Source: an archaeon (GTDB taxonomy: Archaea; Iainarchaeota; Iainarchaeia; Iainarchaeales; Iainarchaeaceae). Taken from it: DNA of 43,083 nucleotides. Both the position numbers and the translations under genes were made by a program. This document shows, one piece after another, positions 1-8,209 of the stretch (the first letter of the stretch is position 1; every line of letters starts with the position of its first letter). Under the pieces are notes generated by a model that searched no databases, had not been told where the DNA came from, and saw only the letters and a program-made list of their open reading frames with translations. The stretch lies in the NCBI GenBank assembly GCA_038046625.1, contig JBBSVV010000005.1:7103-50185 (forward strand), in the 5' to 3' direction.

Positions 1-7
1 TGTAATA

Positions 8-742
8 ATGGACAGCGCGGAACCGCAGAAAAAAGCAGGCATGTCCGGCTGGGTGCAGAAGAGCTGGGCATTCAACTTCAAGTTCGTTTTCATTTCGCTC
101 ATATTCCTTTTGCTGCAGTTCGCAATCCAGTACTATATTTATTCCTCAGGCCTGTTTGAGGTCTCAATTGTGAGAAGCCTCGCATTTTCAGGCGCCACAC
201 TCATAGGATTATCGCTGCTTTCGAGCGTCGCGTTCAAATTCAGGCCTATTCTTTCAAAGTACGCGTTTGTGCGCAAAAACTTCGGCGTAATGGGATTCAT
301 CCTGGTTTTCTTCCACGTCCTTGCCGCAACCCAGCTTTACTTTTTTGGCGACCTTACAAAAGTATATTTTTCCATAAACCCGCTCGAAAATCCAATCGTT
401 TTCGGAACGCTTGCTTATCCAATCCTATTCGTGATGGCGATTACCTCGATCCAGTGGGTTGAGCACAAAATAGGAGGCACGCTCTGGAAAGCTCTGCACA
501 GGCTTGTTTACTTTGCTTTCCTCTTTATTGTTTTCCACTTCACTCAGCAGAATCCCGTTGCATTGGATAGCATTCCAGGTTATTTGCTGATTCTCGTTAC
601 AATCGGCGTCCTGCTCGGGGAATTGTATTGGTGGTACACGGTTTCGAAGCAGAGACAGTTCAAGAACCTCGGCCTTTACATAGGGCTCGCAATCATACTG
701 CTATACATCATACTGGGCTACCTGGCATTCTTCGCGAAATGA
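8..742 (+). CDS. polytopic membrane protein with ferric-reductase-like (MsrQ/YedZ-type) transmembrane domain
   Basis: 244-aa ORF with about six hydrophobic segments. His-containing helices FFHVLAA and WKALHRLVYFAFLFIVFHF resemble the W..LHrl.Y...H pattern of Ferric_reduct domains. Confidence 0.5.
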   Translation: MDSAEPQKKAGMSGWVQKSWAFNFKFVFISLIFLLLQFAIQYYIYSSGLFEVSIVRSLAFSGATLIGLSLLSSVAFKFRPILSKYAFVRKNFGVMGFILVFFHVLAATQLYFFGDLTKVYFSINPLENPIVFGTLAYPILFVMAITSIQWVEHKIGGTLWKALHRLVYFAFLFIVFHFTQQNPVALDSIPGYLLILVTIGVLLGELYWWYTVSKQRQFKNLGLYIGLAIILLYIILGYLAFFAK

Positions 743-997
743 AAAGGTTTTTATTCACTGAATCAGAATTACTGTCATGCCATTCAGAAAAAGCCCTAGA
801 GAAACATGGGCCGGAAGAAGAGCCGGAAAAGGCGAATTTTCTGTGCGCGCCGGCGGAGAACGCAGATTTGGCCCAAAATACACCCGTGATTTCATAACAG
901 GGAAAATAAAAACCACGAGACGCGACGAAACAAAAAAACTCCACCACCCGGACAATAGGGGGGAGGAAGCCGACAACGGTTCATACTTGTAGCATTT

Positions 998-1306
998 TTA
1001 TAAACCAAAATTTTTGAAAACCTTTTTCTCAAAATCAATTATTTTTCCGTTCCTGACCTCAACGCCCTCTTTCTTCAAAAGCGAGATTTTTTTCTTCACT
1101 CCATGGGCGTAACCGCCTATTTTTCCGAAGCTCGAAACCACTCGGTGGCACGGAACCCTTGGAGAGTGGGGGTTTTTGTTGCATGCGTTTCCAACGGCGC
1201 GGCTAGCATTGTTATTTCCTATTGCCTTCGCCAGTTCCTTGTAAGTGGTTACCTTGCCCCCCGGAATCCTTTTAAGCGCTTTCCAGACCTTTTCGTCAAA
1301 ATCCAT
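998..1306 (-). CDS. methylated-DNA-protein-cysteine methyltransferase family protein (single-domain MGMT/Ogt-like)
   Basis: 102-aa ORF with the active-site motif PCHRVV preceded by NKNPHSPRV, typical of the MGMT DNA-binding/active-site domain. Confidence 0.85.
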   Translation of the reverse strand: MDFDEKVWKALKRIPGGKVTTYKELAKAIGNNNASRAVGNACNKNPHSPRVPCHRVVSSFGKIGGYAHGVKKKISLLKKEGVEVRNGKIIDFEKKVFKNFGL

Positions 1307-1355
1307 TTTCCTTCACCGCGCTCGTATTTTAAACACTTTCAACAACAAGAAATTC

Positions 1356-1748
1356 ATGGCCAGAAAGGCTTTAAAGAAAACGCCTGTTTCGGAGGCCCCC
1401 AAGGCAATAGGCCCGTACTCGCAGTGGGTTCAAGCAAACGGCTTTGTTTTTGTTTCAGGGCAAATAGCAATAGACCCAAAAACCGGCCTCCTCATTGATG
1501 GCTCCGTTGCGAGGCAGGCAAAGCAGGTTTTCGAGAACATGAAGGCAATCCTTGCGGAATCGAGGCTTTCACTCCATGCTGTTGTAAAGGTCGAGGTTTT
1601 CCTCAAGGACATGAATGATTTTTCCGCAATGAACGAGGTTTATGCCTCCTACTTTTTCGGCAAGCACCTCCCCGCGCGCCAAACAATTCAGGCCGCGGCG
1701 CTGCCAAAAAACGCCTTGGTTGAAATTTCCTGCATCGCGGCGAAATAA
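1356..1748 (+). CDS. ridA: RidA/YjgF/Endoribonuclease L-PSP family reactive-intermediate deaminase
   Basis: The track ORF starts at 1245, but the family-typical N-terminus begins at the ATG at 1356 (MARKALKK...APKAIGPYSQ...VFVSGQI). An A/T box TATTTTAAA lies about 30 nt upstream. Confidence 0.85.
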   Translation: MARKALKKTPVSEAPKAIGPYSQWVQANGFVFVSGQIAIDPKTGLLIDGSVARQAKQVFENMKAILAESRLSLHAVVKVEVFLKDMNDFSAMNEVYASYFFGKHLPARQTIQAAALPKNALVEISCIAAK

Positions 1749-1750
1749 AG

Positions 1751-1776
1751 AAATAATTTTGGCCGCCTTACAATCA
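1751..1776 (+). repeat. 3'-end motif copy F (AAATAATTTTGGCCGCC-TTACAATCA)
   Basis: A 17-nt exact match to 4949-4965, followed by TTACAATCA. The reverse strand reads TGATTGTAAGGCGGCCAAAATTATTT. It lies between the convergent ridA and membrane-protein genes. Confidence 0.6.
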
Positions 1777-1802
1777 GATGATTTTTTTGATTCAGCGAAA
1801 AT

Positions 1803-2795
1803 TTATTTTATGGAAGTCCGTGTTTTCGCGGAGCCCTTTTCCTTGAGGAGCTGCACGTAAATGTTCACGCCAAGCAGCGCCGAAATAGCTCCCATGGTTG
1901 CCGTGAGGGCGCCGTCAATGAGCAATGAAATACCAATGTCAATTACAGGCGGAGCCGAAACTGCTGCGAGCGCAACGCTTATTATTATCCTGGGAATAAG
2001 CAGGACAAAGCCCGCCACAATAACCCCTATTATCAAAACCCCAAATGCAATCGCGATGTTCAATGCGTTTCCCTCTGAAAGGCTCCAGCCTTCATCCGCG
2101 GAAGCCGCAATGCCCTGGTCCTTGTGCAGGAAAACCATGTATGAAGGGTAAAGCCTCAGCACATTATACCAGATTATAAAAACATAAATCAGTGAAGCAA
2201 TAACCGCCAAAACAATCACTAACGCCCCTATAATCGGAGCCATTAATGCTGCCGCGACCCCTGCAATCCATAAAGCAACTAATCCAACAAATATCAGCCT
2301 GAATTTGTCATGCTTCCAGGAAGTAAAAGCAAGAATTGAAAGCCAGAAAGACAGAACAAAATACTTCAGCACTTTCACCAAGCCGAGCTTTGCGGTTTTG
2401 AGGCCAGAGATTTCAAGACCCCTCAGCGTCATGAGCATTGAAACATAACCCATCACGAGCGAAAAAACAATCATTATCGGAATCAGCACAATTAAAAACA
2501 GCACGACAAACTGCATGAATCCCGCGAAAAACAATTCAGTATCCACGGTGCCAGAAGGGTTTGTGAACATTTGGTAAAGTGCAGGGTTGCTTTGCCCTAT
2601 GAGAAACATCGCGCCGAAAAGTGCGCCCATCATGGCCAAATAAAGCACGAAATAAACCATAGTATACTTAAGGAACTTTCCATCCTGATACCAAGGGCTT
2701 AGTGAATCCGAAACCGCCTTTAATGCGTCAACCATGAAAATACCAACGAAATCCGCGTATTTAACCCTTTCTTTTGCTTTGCTCCGGCCAAACAC
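1803..2795 (-). CDS. polytopic membrane protein of unknown function
   Basis: 330-aa ORF with many long hydrophobic segments and no recognisable catalytic motif. Confidence 0.6.
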   Translation of the reverse strand: MFGRSKAKERVKYADFVGIFMVDALKAVSDSLSPWYQDGKFLKYTMVYFVLYLAMMGALFGAMFLIGQSNPALYQMFTNPSGTVDTELFFAGFMQFVVLFLIVLIPIMIVFSLVMGYVSMLMTLRGLEISGLKTAKLGLVKVLKYFVLSFWLSILAFTSWKHDKFRLIFVGLVALWIAGVAAALMAPIIGALVIVLAVIASLIYVFIIWYNVLRLYPSYMVFLHKDQGIAASADEGWSLSEGNALNIAIAFGVLIIGVIVAGFVLLIPRIIISVALAAVSAPPVIDIGISLLIDGALTATMGAISALLGVNIYVQLLKEKGSAKTRTSIK

Positions 2796-2840
2796 ACGCT
2801 TTTAAAATTTTGCACAACTGAATATTTTCAGCGACTTTTT

Positions 2841-4244
2841 ATGCCGGAAAACCTCTTCAACAAAGTTTGGCAATTACACGAAGTGCAGAAGCTCCCTTCT
2901 GGAGAATCGCAGTTATTCATAGGCCTGCATTTGATTCATGAGGTAACTTCTCCGCAGGCCTTTCAGATGCTCCGGGAACAAAACTTGAAAGTCGCTTTTC
3001 CCGAGCGCACAATAGCCACGGTCGACCACATTGTTCCGACGGCTTCACAAAAAAGGCCTTACTCAGATTCAATGGCCGAAGCAATGATGGGCGAAATAGA
3101 AAAAAACGCGAAACAATTTGGCGTAAGGTTTTACGGAGTTGATTCAGGAAAGCAGGGCATAGTGCATGTGATAGGCCCCGAGCTCGGGCTTACACAGCCA
3201 GGGATGACAATTGCCTGCGGCGACTCGCATACAAGTACGCACGGCGCTTTCGGTGCAATAGCATTCGGCATAGGAACCACGCAGGTCAGGGATGTTCTCG
3301 CGAGCCAATGCATCTCTCTTGCAAAACCCAAAGTCAGGAAAATAGGTGTTTCAGGAAAGCCTGGCAAAGGAGTTTACTCGAAAGACGTGATACTCAAAAT
3401 AATCCAGCAGCTTGGAGTCAAAGGCGGAATAGGCTACTCTTATGAGTATGCCGGCGAAACATTTGAGAACATGAGCATGGAAGAAAGGATGAGCGTCTGC
3501 AACATGAGCATCGAAGGCGGCGCACGCGCGGGATATGTAAACCCTGACAGAACAACTTTTGATTACATGAAAGGAAGGGAGTTTGCTCCAAAAGGGGATG
3601 CATTCGACAGGGCTGTTGAATGGTGGAAGCAAATAGCCTCCGACAAGAATGCAAAGTATGATGATGTTTTCAAATTAAATGTTTCATCGCTCGAGCCAAT
3701 GGTTACATGGGGAATAAATCCCGGGCAGGCCCTCGGGGTAACAGAAAACATTCCAATGCTGAGCGAAGTTCCGGAAAACGAAAGGCAAACAACACAGGAA
3801 GCCCTCACTCATATGGGTTTCAAGGAAGGCGCGCCGATCGAAGGAACAAAAATCGATGTCGCTTTCATAGGCTCCTGCACAAATTCAAGGATTTCCGATT
3901 TGAGGGAGGCAGCAAAAATTGTGGAGGGCCGGAAAGTGAATGCGAACGTGAAGGCGCTCGTTGTTCCGGGTTCGCAACAAGTGAAGGTTCAGGCGGAAAA
4001 GGAAGGCCTCGACAAAATATTTTTGAAAGCGGGCTTTGAGTGGAGGCACGCGGGCTGTTCAATGTGCTTAGCAATGAATCCCGACAAATTGCAGGGGCGG
4101 GAAATTTCGGCTTCATCCTCTAACAGGAATTTCATCGGGCGCCAAGGCTCTTCGACAGGAAGAACGCTCTTAATGAGTCCCGCAATGGTTGCCGCCGCCG
4201 CAATAAATGGGAAAGTTGTTGATGTGCGCGAGGTGCTGCAATGA
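2841..4244 (+). CDS. leuC: 3-isopropylmalate dehydratase large subunit (long, bacterial-type)
   Basis: 467 aa with aconitase-family motifs ([41 protein letters not shown]), followed by leuD. Confidence 0.95.
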   Translation: MPENLFNKVWQLHEVQKLPSGESQLFIGLHLIHEVTSPQAFQMLREQNLKVAFPERTIATVDHIVPTASQKRPYSDSMAEAMMGEIEKNAKQFGVRFYGVDSGKQGIVHVIGPELGLTQPGMTIACGDSHTSTHGAFGAIAFGIGTTQVRDVLASQCISLAKPKVRKIGVSGKPGKGVYSKDVILKIIQQLGVKGGIGYSYEYAGETFENMSMEERMSVCNMSIEGGARAGYVNPDRTTFDYMKGREFAPKGDAFDRAVEWWKQIASDKNAKYDDVFKLNVSSLEPMVTWGINPGQALGVTENIPMLSEVPENERQTTQEALTHMGFKEGAPIEGTKIDVAFIGSCTNSRISDLREAAKIVEGRKVNANVKALVVPGSQQVKVQAEKEGLDKIFLKAGFEWRHAGCSMCLAMNPDKLQGREISASSSNRNFIGRQGSSTGRTLLMSPAMVAAAAINGKVVDVREVLQ

Positions 4245-4335
4245 TTACAGCAAAAGCGAGCGTAGCGAGCCAAAGCTATGCGAAGCATAGGTTGTCGTAC
4301 CCAACAGCCGAAACTGTTGTGCGCGAGGTTTTACA
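4245..4335 (+). repeat. stop/start-bridging intercistronic element, copy A (leuC|leuD)
   Basis: 91-nt insert between genes that would otherwise overlap by ATGA. Hairpins CTATGC-GAA-GCATAG (4276-4290) and CAACAG-CCGAAA-CTGTTG (4302-4319). 26 nt are identical to copy C. The 32-codon mini-ORF 4241-4339 is locked between two ATGA overlaps. Confidence 0.8.
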
Positions 4336-4941
4336 ATGACTGTAATAAATCAAGTTGCAGGCAAGGGTCTCCCGTTGCGCGGAAACGACATTGACACCGA
4401 CAGGATAATTCCCGCACGTTATTTGAAAACAATCACATTTGAAGGTCTCGGAAAATACGCTTTCTATGATGAGCGCTTTGACTCATCCGGAAAACCTAAA
4501 AAGCACGCTTTCAATGACTCGAAATACAAAGGTGCCTCAATCCTCATAGTGAACAAGAACTTCGGCTGCGGCTCCTCGCGCGAACATGCGCCGCAGGCGT
4601 TAATGAAGTTCGGCATAAAAGCCATTGTAGGCGAAAGCTTTGCGGAAATATTTGCGGGCAACTGCCAGTTGCTCGGAATACCAACAGTAACCGCGAGCGC
4701 GGAGGATGTGAAACTCCTGCAGGGCTTTATCGAGAATGATGATTCCAATGAAATCCTCAACCTGAATCTCGAACAAAAAATTCTTTCCTTTAACGATTCT
4801 TCTATTCCAATAGACATTTCCGAAGGAAAAAGAAAAACGCTCGTGAGCGGAACATGGAATACCCTCGGAATGCTTGTAGAGGCACTGCCGAAAACGAAAG
4901 AAACGGCAAAAAAAATCCCTTACCTAAACGGATTCAAATAG
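4336..4941 (+). CDS. leuD: 3-isopropylmalate dehydratase small subunit
   Basis: 201 aa with aconitase swivel-domain motifs (NFGCGSSREHAP) directly after leuC. Confidence 0.95.
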   Translation: MTVINQVAGKGLPLRGNDIDTDRIIPARYLKTITFEGLGKYAFYDERFDSSGKPKKHAFNDSKYKGASILIVNKNFGCGSSREHAPQALMKFGIKAIVGESFAEIFAGNCQLLGIPTVTASAEDVKLLQGFIENDDSNEILNLNLEQKILSFNDSSIPIDISEGKRKTLVSGTWNTLGMLVEALPKTKETAKKIPYLNGFK

Positions 4942-4948
4942 TGCGCAA

Positions 4949-4986
4949 AAATAATTTTGGCCGCCCGAAAATATTGCCTGCAATCA
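4949..4986 (-). repeat. 3'-end motif copy E (minus strand: TGATTGCAGGCAATATTTTCGGGCGGCCAAAATTATTT)
   Basis: Shares AAATAATTTTGGCCGCC with 1751-1767 and TTGCAGGCAA with the 5' end of bridging element C. It starts exactly at the truncation point of the wHTH fragment. Confidence 0.55.
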
Positions 4987-4987
4987 C

Positions 4988-5125
4988 TCAGTTCAGGCCC
5001 ACTTTTTTTGCGAGTTCATGCAGGTTAACTGGCTTTTTCCCGAGCTCCGCGATTATCCTAATCCGGTTTGCGCAGCCCTTCGAGCCCGCGAGAAGCCAGT
5101 GCACGGACTGTTCAAAGGAATCCAT
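4988..5125 (-). pseudogene. truncated winged-helix regulator fragment (N-terminal 45 codons only)
   Basis: My own translation is MDSFEQSVHWLLAGSKGCANRIRIIAELGKKPVNLHELAKKVGLN*. This matches the start of small archaeal wHTH regulators (GxxGGxNRxRI...P.N..ELAk.lgl) but stops before the recognition helix. Confidence 0.35.
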
Positions 5126-5165
5126 ACCAAACACATATACTATAAGACAAAAAAATATTAACAGG

Positions 5166-5187
5166 TTGCGCGCAACAAAATTATTTT
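5166..5187 (+). repeat. 3'-end motif copy J (TTGCGCGCAACAAAATTATTTT)
   Basis: Same TTGC..GCA + AAAATTATTT arrangement as copies E, F and I. It contains the palindrome TTGCGCGCAA. Confidence 0.35.
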
Positions 5188-5408
5188 ACTTTTTCTCTTC
5201 CGAGTTAAAATCTATTAGCTCTTTGGCATCTTCGCCTTCTTCAATCCACCTTTTGTAGGCATATTCCCTGAACGGATCAATCGGTTTCTTTCTCTTTTTT
5301 TCTATGGTTTTCCTAGCCACTTCATCGCCTTATTCAAAATAATATAGGCAAGCACTATTTGTGCCTTTCCATGCCAATTTTCCAAAAAAGCACGTTTTTA
5401 TAGTTGTT

Positions 5409-5429
5409 TGATGTATAATTGATGCATAA
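5409..5429 (+). promoter_or_regulatory. tandem TGATG(T/C)ATAA boxes, candidate operator of TA locus 1
   Basis: TGATGTATAA (5409-5418) and TGATGCATAA (5420-5429) lie just upstream of GGAGG (5432-5436) and the ATG at 5446. TGATGCATA recurs upstream of TA locus 2. Confidence 0.4.
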
Positions 5430-5445
5430 ATGGAGGTTTTTTTAC

Positions 5446-5694
5446 ATGAGGACTACTTTGCAGTTCAAGGGCATGCCTGAGGTAATTCTGGACAAGGCTG
5501 TTGAAATGGGCTTGGCACGCTCCAAGACCGAGGCCATTAAGATGGGGATTTTTGCGCTGAACAGGGAATATAATCTTGTCAAGGATCTCGAGTTGGAGCT
5601 TGTGGGCAGGAAAATCGAGAAGCAGGAGCAGGAGATGAAGAAGAAGGGTCTGAAGTACCTTAGCGAGGAAGAAGCTTTGGCGAAATATAGGTGA
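5446..5694 (+). CDS. ribbon-helix-helix-type antitoxin (TA locus 1)
   Basis: MRTTLQFKGMPEVILDKAVEMGLARSKTEAIKMGIFAL fits a beta-strand plus two helices RHH fold. GGAGG lies 10 nt upstream, and the stop overlaps the toxin GTG (GTGA). Confidence 0.6.
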   Translation: MRTTLQFKGMPEVILDKAVEMGLARSKTEAIKMGIFALNREYNLVKDLELELVGRKIEKQEQEMKKKGLKYLSEEEALAKYR

Positions 5695-5969
5695 ATCGCT
5701 TGGATTTGTCGCCATGGAAACTGCAGTACATTCCAGGTTGGGATCTGCACTTCAAAAAATTCGATAAAAGTGTTCAAGTGCAAATCCTCAAAAAGCTTGA
5801 ACAACTCAAACAGCCCCTTCAGGCAAGAGGGCTGCATTCCTCCCGCTTTCAAGTCGAGGAAACAGGCCAGTACAGAATCGCGCTAAAAATTGACGAAGAA
5901 AACAGGGTAAAGAAAATCCAGTTCATCGGCGACCATAAGCAATACGAAAAATGGTACAAGGAACAATAA
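5691..5969 (+). CDS. RelE/ParE-superfamily-like toxin (TA locus 1)
   Basis: 92 aa with ...YRIALKIDEENRVKKIQFIGDHKQYEKWYKEQ, a RelE-like C-terminal pattern. It is a paralog of 35974-36234 (shared HK.YEKWYK end) and has a 4-nt overlap with the upstream antitoxin. Confidence 0.6.
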   Translation: MNRLDLSPWKLQYIPGWDLHFKKFDKSVQVQILKKLEQLKQPLQARGLHSSRFQVEETGQYRIALKIDEENRVKKIQFIGDHKQYEKWYKEQ

Positions 5970-6165
5970 GCCCTACTTCCGTTACTTTCTTGCAATACAC
6001 TCATAAGCTATTTTTTGGCTTTAAAACAAGGTCGGCATACAGTTTATATACAATAAAAAGACTTAACTGTAAAAAATTGGCAAACTACTTAAAAATTAAA
6101 TAAAATCTAAAAAAAATCGTTCATTCGAAAATTAAATTAATCCTACGTCCCCCGGAGGAATTGTA

Positions 6166-6264
6166 ATGGAAACAGAAAAACACAAAACACTCGCAGAAGA
6201 AATAGCTGAAAATCAAAAAAAATACGCAGAAATAAGAAAATTTAATGAACAGTCTGCAAAATAA
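6166..6264 (+). CDS. possible 32-aa charged helical micro-protein
   Basis: My own translation is METEKHKTLAEEIAENQKKYAEIRKFNEQSAK*. GGAGG at 6154-6158 lies 7 nt before the ATG. There is no homology evidence. Confidence 0.25.
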   Translation: METEKHKTLAEEIAENQKKYAEIRKFNEQSAK

Positions 6265-6273
6265 TGTTTGGGT

Positions 6274-6308
6274 AATGGGATTGAAAAAATAGGCTTCACT
6301 CCCATTTT
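6274..6308 (+). terminator. hairpin plus T4 between convergent genes
   Basis: AATGGGA (6274-6280) pairs with TCCCATT (6300-6306) and runs into TTTT (6305-6308). Confidence 0.35.
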
Positions 6309-6342
6309 CCTCCCAAAGCGCTGGAATTTGATTGCGTTAAGT

Positions 6343-8103
6343 CTACTTCTTCTTTATCAGCTCAAATAACTCTTTAGCTGCTTCCTGTGGCCCATCGGTT
6401 TCGCGACCCTTCACTCCGAGCTGGGTGTTAATCTGCCCGACCTTCACGCCGCTCTTGAACATCGCCTCGAAAAACTGCTTCGCAAGCGGCTCATGCAATT
6501 CTCGCAGCTGCGATGGTCCGAAAATGTTCGCATAATAAGCCCCGACAATACCTGTTTCATTTGTTGTACCCTTAGCCATTCTTTTTCCCTCGCCAAAAAC
6601 CTTCATTGCTTCTTCAGGGCTTTTGAAAAAAGTGATGTGCTTCTGTCCTGCCTCAACTTGCTCATAATTGTTTGCGTAGAGGAAAAAATCAATCGGCCAA
6701 CCGTGCAAAATCTCCTGCAAGGTCGTTATTGGCAAAACAGCGCGGGCATTGACCTTCTGCGGACTCATAATTATTGAGCGGTCAATCTGTCCAAAAGCAT
6801 AACCCGCCTGCAAATCGTCTAAGCGAACAAACGCGCCCGTCTCGGTACCGTAAGCGAGGATTTTCCCGTTCTTCAATTCAAGGGAACCCATGTCATCAAA
6901 CACAATCTTCATGTCCTTCAAATTCCCTTCGCTCAGAATCCTGAAAGCCTCTAAAGATTCCGATTTTCCTGTTCCGGTGTCCCCGAAAATAATTACGTTT
7001 GCAGAAGTTCCATTCTTCAAAGTAATGCGCGTCATTGCCCCATGCACAGGCATGCGCCCCCGCATAATCATTATTGAATTGTAAAGCGTGAGCATCATCT
7101 TCTTCACATACCCAAAGTAACCGAATTCCTCCCCCAAAGGAATCGCGCCAACCATCAGATTGTTTTTCTTGTCCAGCCAGTAAACGGTTTTCTCCGGCGC
7201 AAACTTATCAATCTGCTTATTTGGAACGCCGTAAACATAAATACCGTCAGGCCGCTTCTTCAATTCCTCATCCGAACAAAGCTCGAAAAGGTTCGAGGTA
7301 GCTATTCCCAATCCAAAGTAAAAATCGTGGAAATAAAGGTAAATCACCAATTCCCCAACCTTTGCGGGAAAGCAGAGCCATTCAGAATCATCAAGCTTCA
7401 ATCCTTCAAGAGGGTTTGAGGAAACAAAAGCGAACTCCCCCTTGCGGGTATTCTTCGGCGGGTCAATTATCAAAGGAGGCTGTATGAGCACCTGCCTGAT
7501 TACATTAACCTTCTGCAATTCAGAGTATTGCAAAGGCAAAGCGGTTTGCTTCGAAGCAGCAATTACCCCGACCTGACAGCCAGCGGGAACCTGCCTGTAA
7601 ATAATCGGGTGTTCGCCTGTGATGTGTTCGCGGATGTCGCGGTAAACTTTTCTAACCGTGTGGTTCAGGTTCTCTATTGTGTCATTGAAAACCCTGTAAG
7701 GGCGCCTGTCCAGGTCTTCGCCGTTAGTGTCCTTCTGCTCCGAATAGCACACAATGAAGCGCTCGAAGCTGCGCCAGTAATTGTAGAATTCCTCGACAAA
7801 CTGGTCGAGCATGAAAAGGTCCCTGAAAAATTCCCTGAACTCGGGGTTTGATTTCATTACTTCCGAGCCGGGCTTTTTTGCGAGCGCCTTCAGGAGCGCG
7901 AGTGAAAGCTGCTCCTGTTCCTTTTCGCTTTTTTTCGGCAGAACCTTGAGCAAATCCGAATCGTGGCCGCGCAAATGCACAATGTAATTATGTAGCATAG
8001 TGCTGAATAGTTCGCTTTCAATGATTTTGTCCACGGAGCCCCAGTCGAAACTGCTCGTGCTTATGATGACCTGCTTCCCATGAAAAGCGACTTTCGTAGC
8101 CAT
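6343..8103 (-). CDS. HprK/PEPCK-like P-loop protein of unknown function (about 586 aa)
   Basis: The motif block MPVHGAMTRI...NVIIFGDTGTGKSESLEAF...IVFDDMGSL matches the HG...G(D/S)(S/T)GxGKSE...DD signature of the HPr-kinase/PEP-carboxykinase P-loop fold. The likely start is the ATG at 8103 (MATKVAFHG), since the track ORF extension to 8631 runs through the divergent promoter and the ATP-grasp start. Confidence 0.7.
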   Translation of the reverse strand: MATKVAFHGKQVIISTSSFDWGSVDKIIESELFSTMLHNYIVHLRGHDSDLLKVLPKKSEKEQEQLSLALLKALAKKPGSEVMKSNPEFREFFRDLFMLDQFVEEFYNYWRSFERFIVCYSEQKDTNGEDLDRRPYRVFNDTIENLNHTVRKVYRDIREHITGEHPIIYRQVPAGCQVGVIAASKQTALPLQYSELQKVNVIRQVLIQPPLIIDPPKNTRKGEFAFVSSNPLEGLKLDDSEWLCFPAKVGELVIYLYFHDFYFGLGIATSNLFELCSDEELKKRPDGIYVYGVPNKQIDKFAPEKTVYWLDKKNNLMVGAIPLGEEFGYFGYVKKMMLTLYNSIMIMRGRMPVHGAMTRITLKNGTSANVIIFGDTGTGKSESLEAFRILSEGNLKDMKIVFDDMGSLELKNGKILAYGTETGAFVRLDDLQAGYAFGQIDRSIIMSPQKVNARAVLPITTLQEILHGWPIDFFLYANNYEQVEAGQKHITFFKSPEEAMKVFGEGKRMAKGTTNETGIVGAYYANIFGPSQLRELHEPLAKQFFEAMFKSGVKVGQINTQLGVKGRETDGPQEAAKELFELIKKK

Positions 8104-8209
8104 TCTTTTGCCCAAAACATGAATGTTCAGTATACTTTTTATTGGTTGCAGTGTCCTTGACACATCATGCAATCGCATTCGGGTTGCTTTTTCCGGGAAA
8201 AACCTTTTT

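Noticed and set aside
4854-5258. 134-aa plus-strand track ORF downstream of leuD
   Set aside because: It overlaps the leuD 3' end, the repeat copies and the minus-strand wHTH fragment. It has no motifs or start context and is likely spurious.
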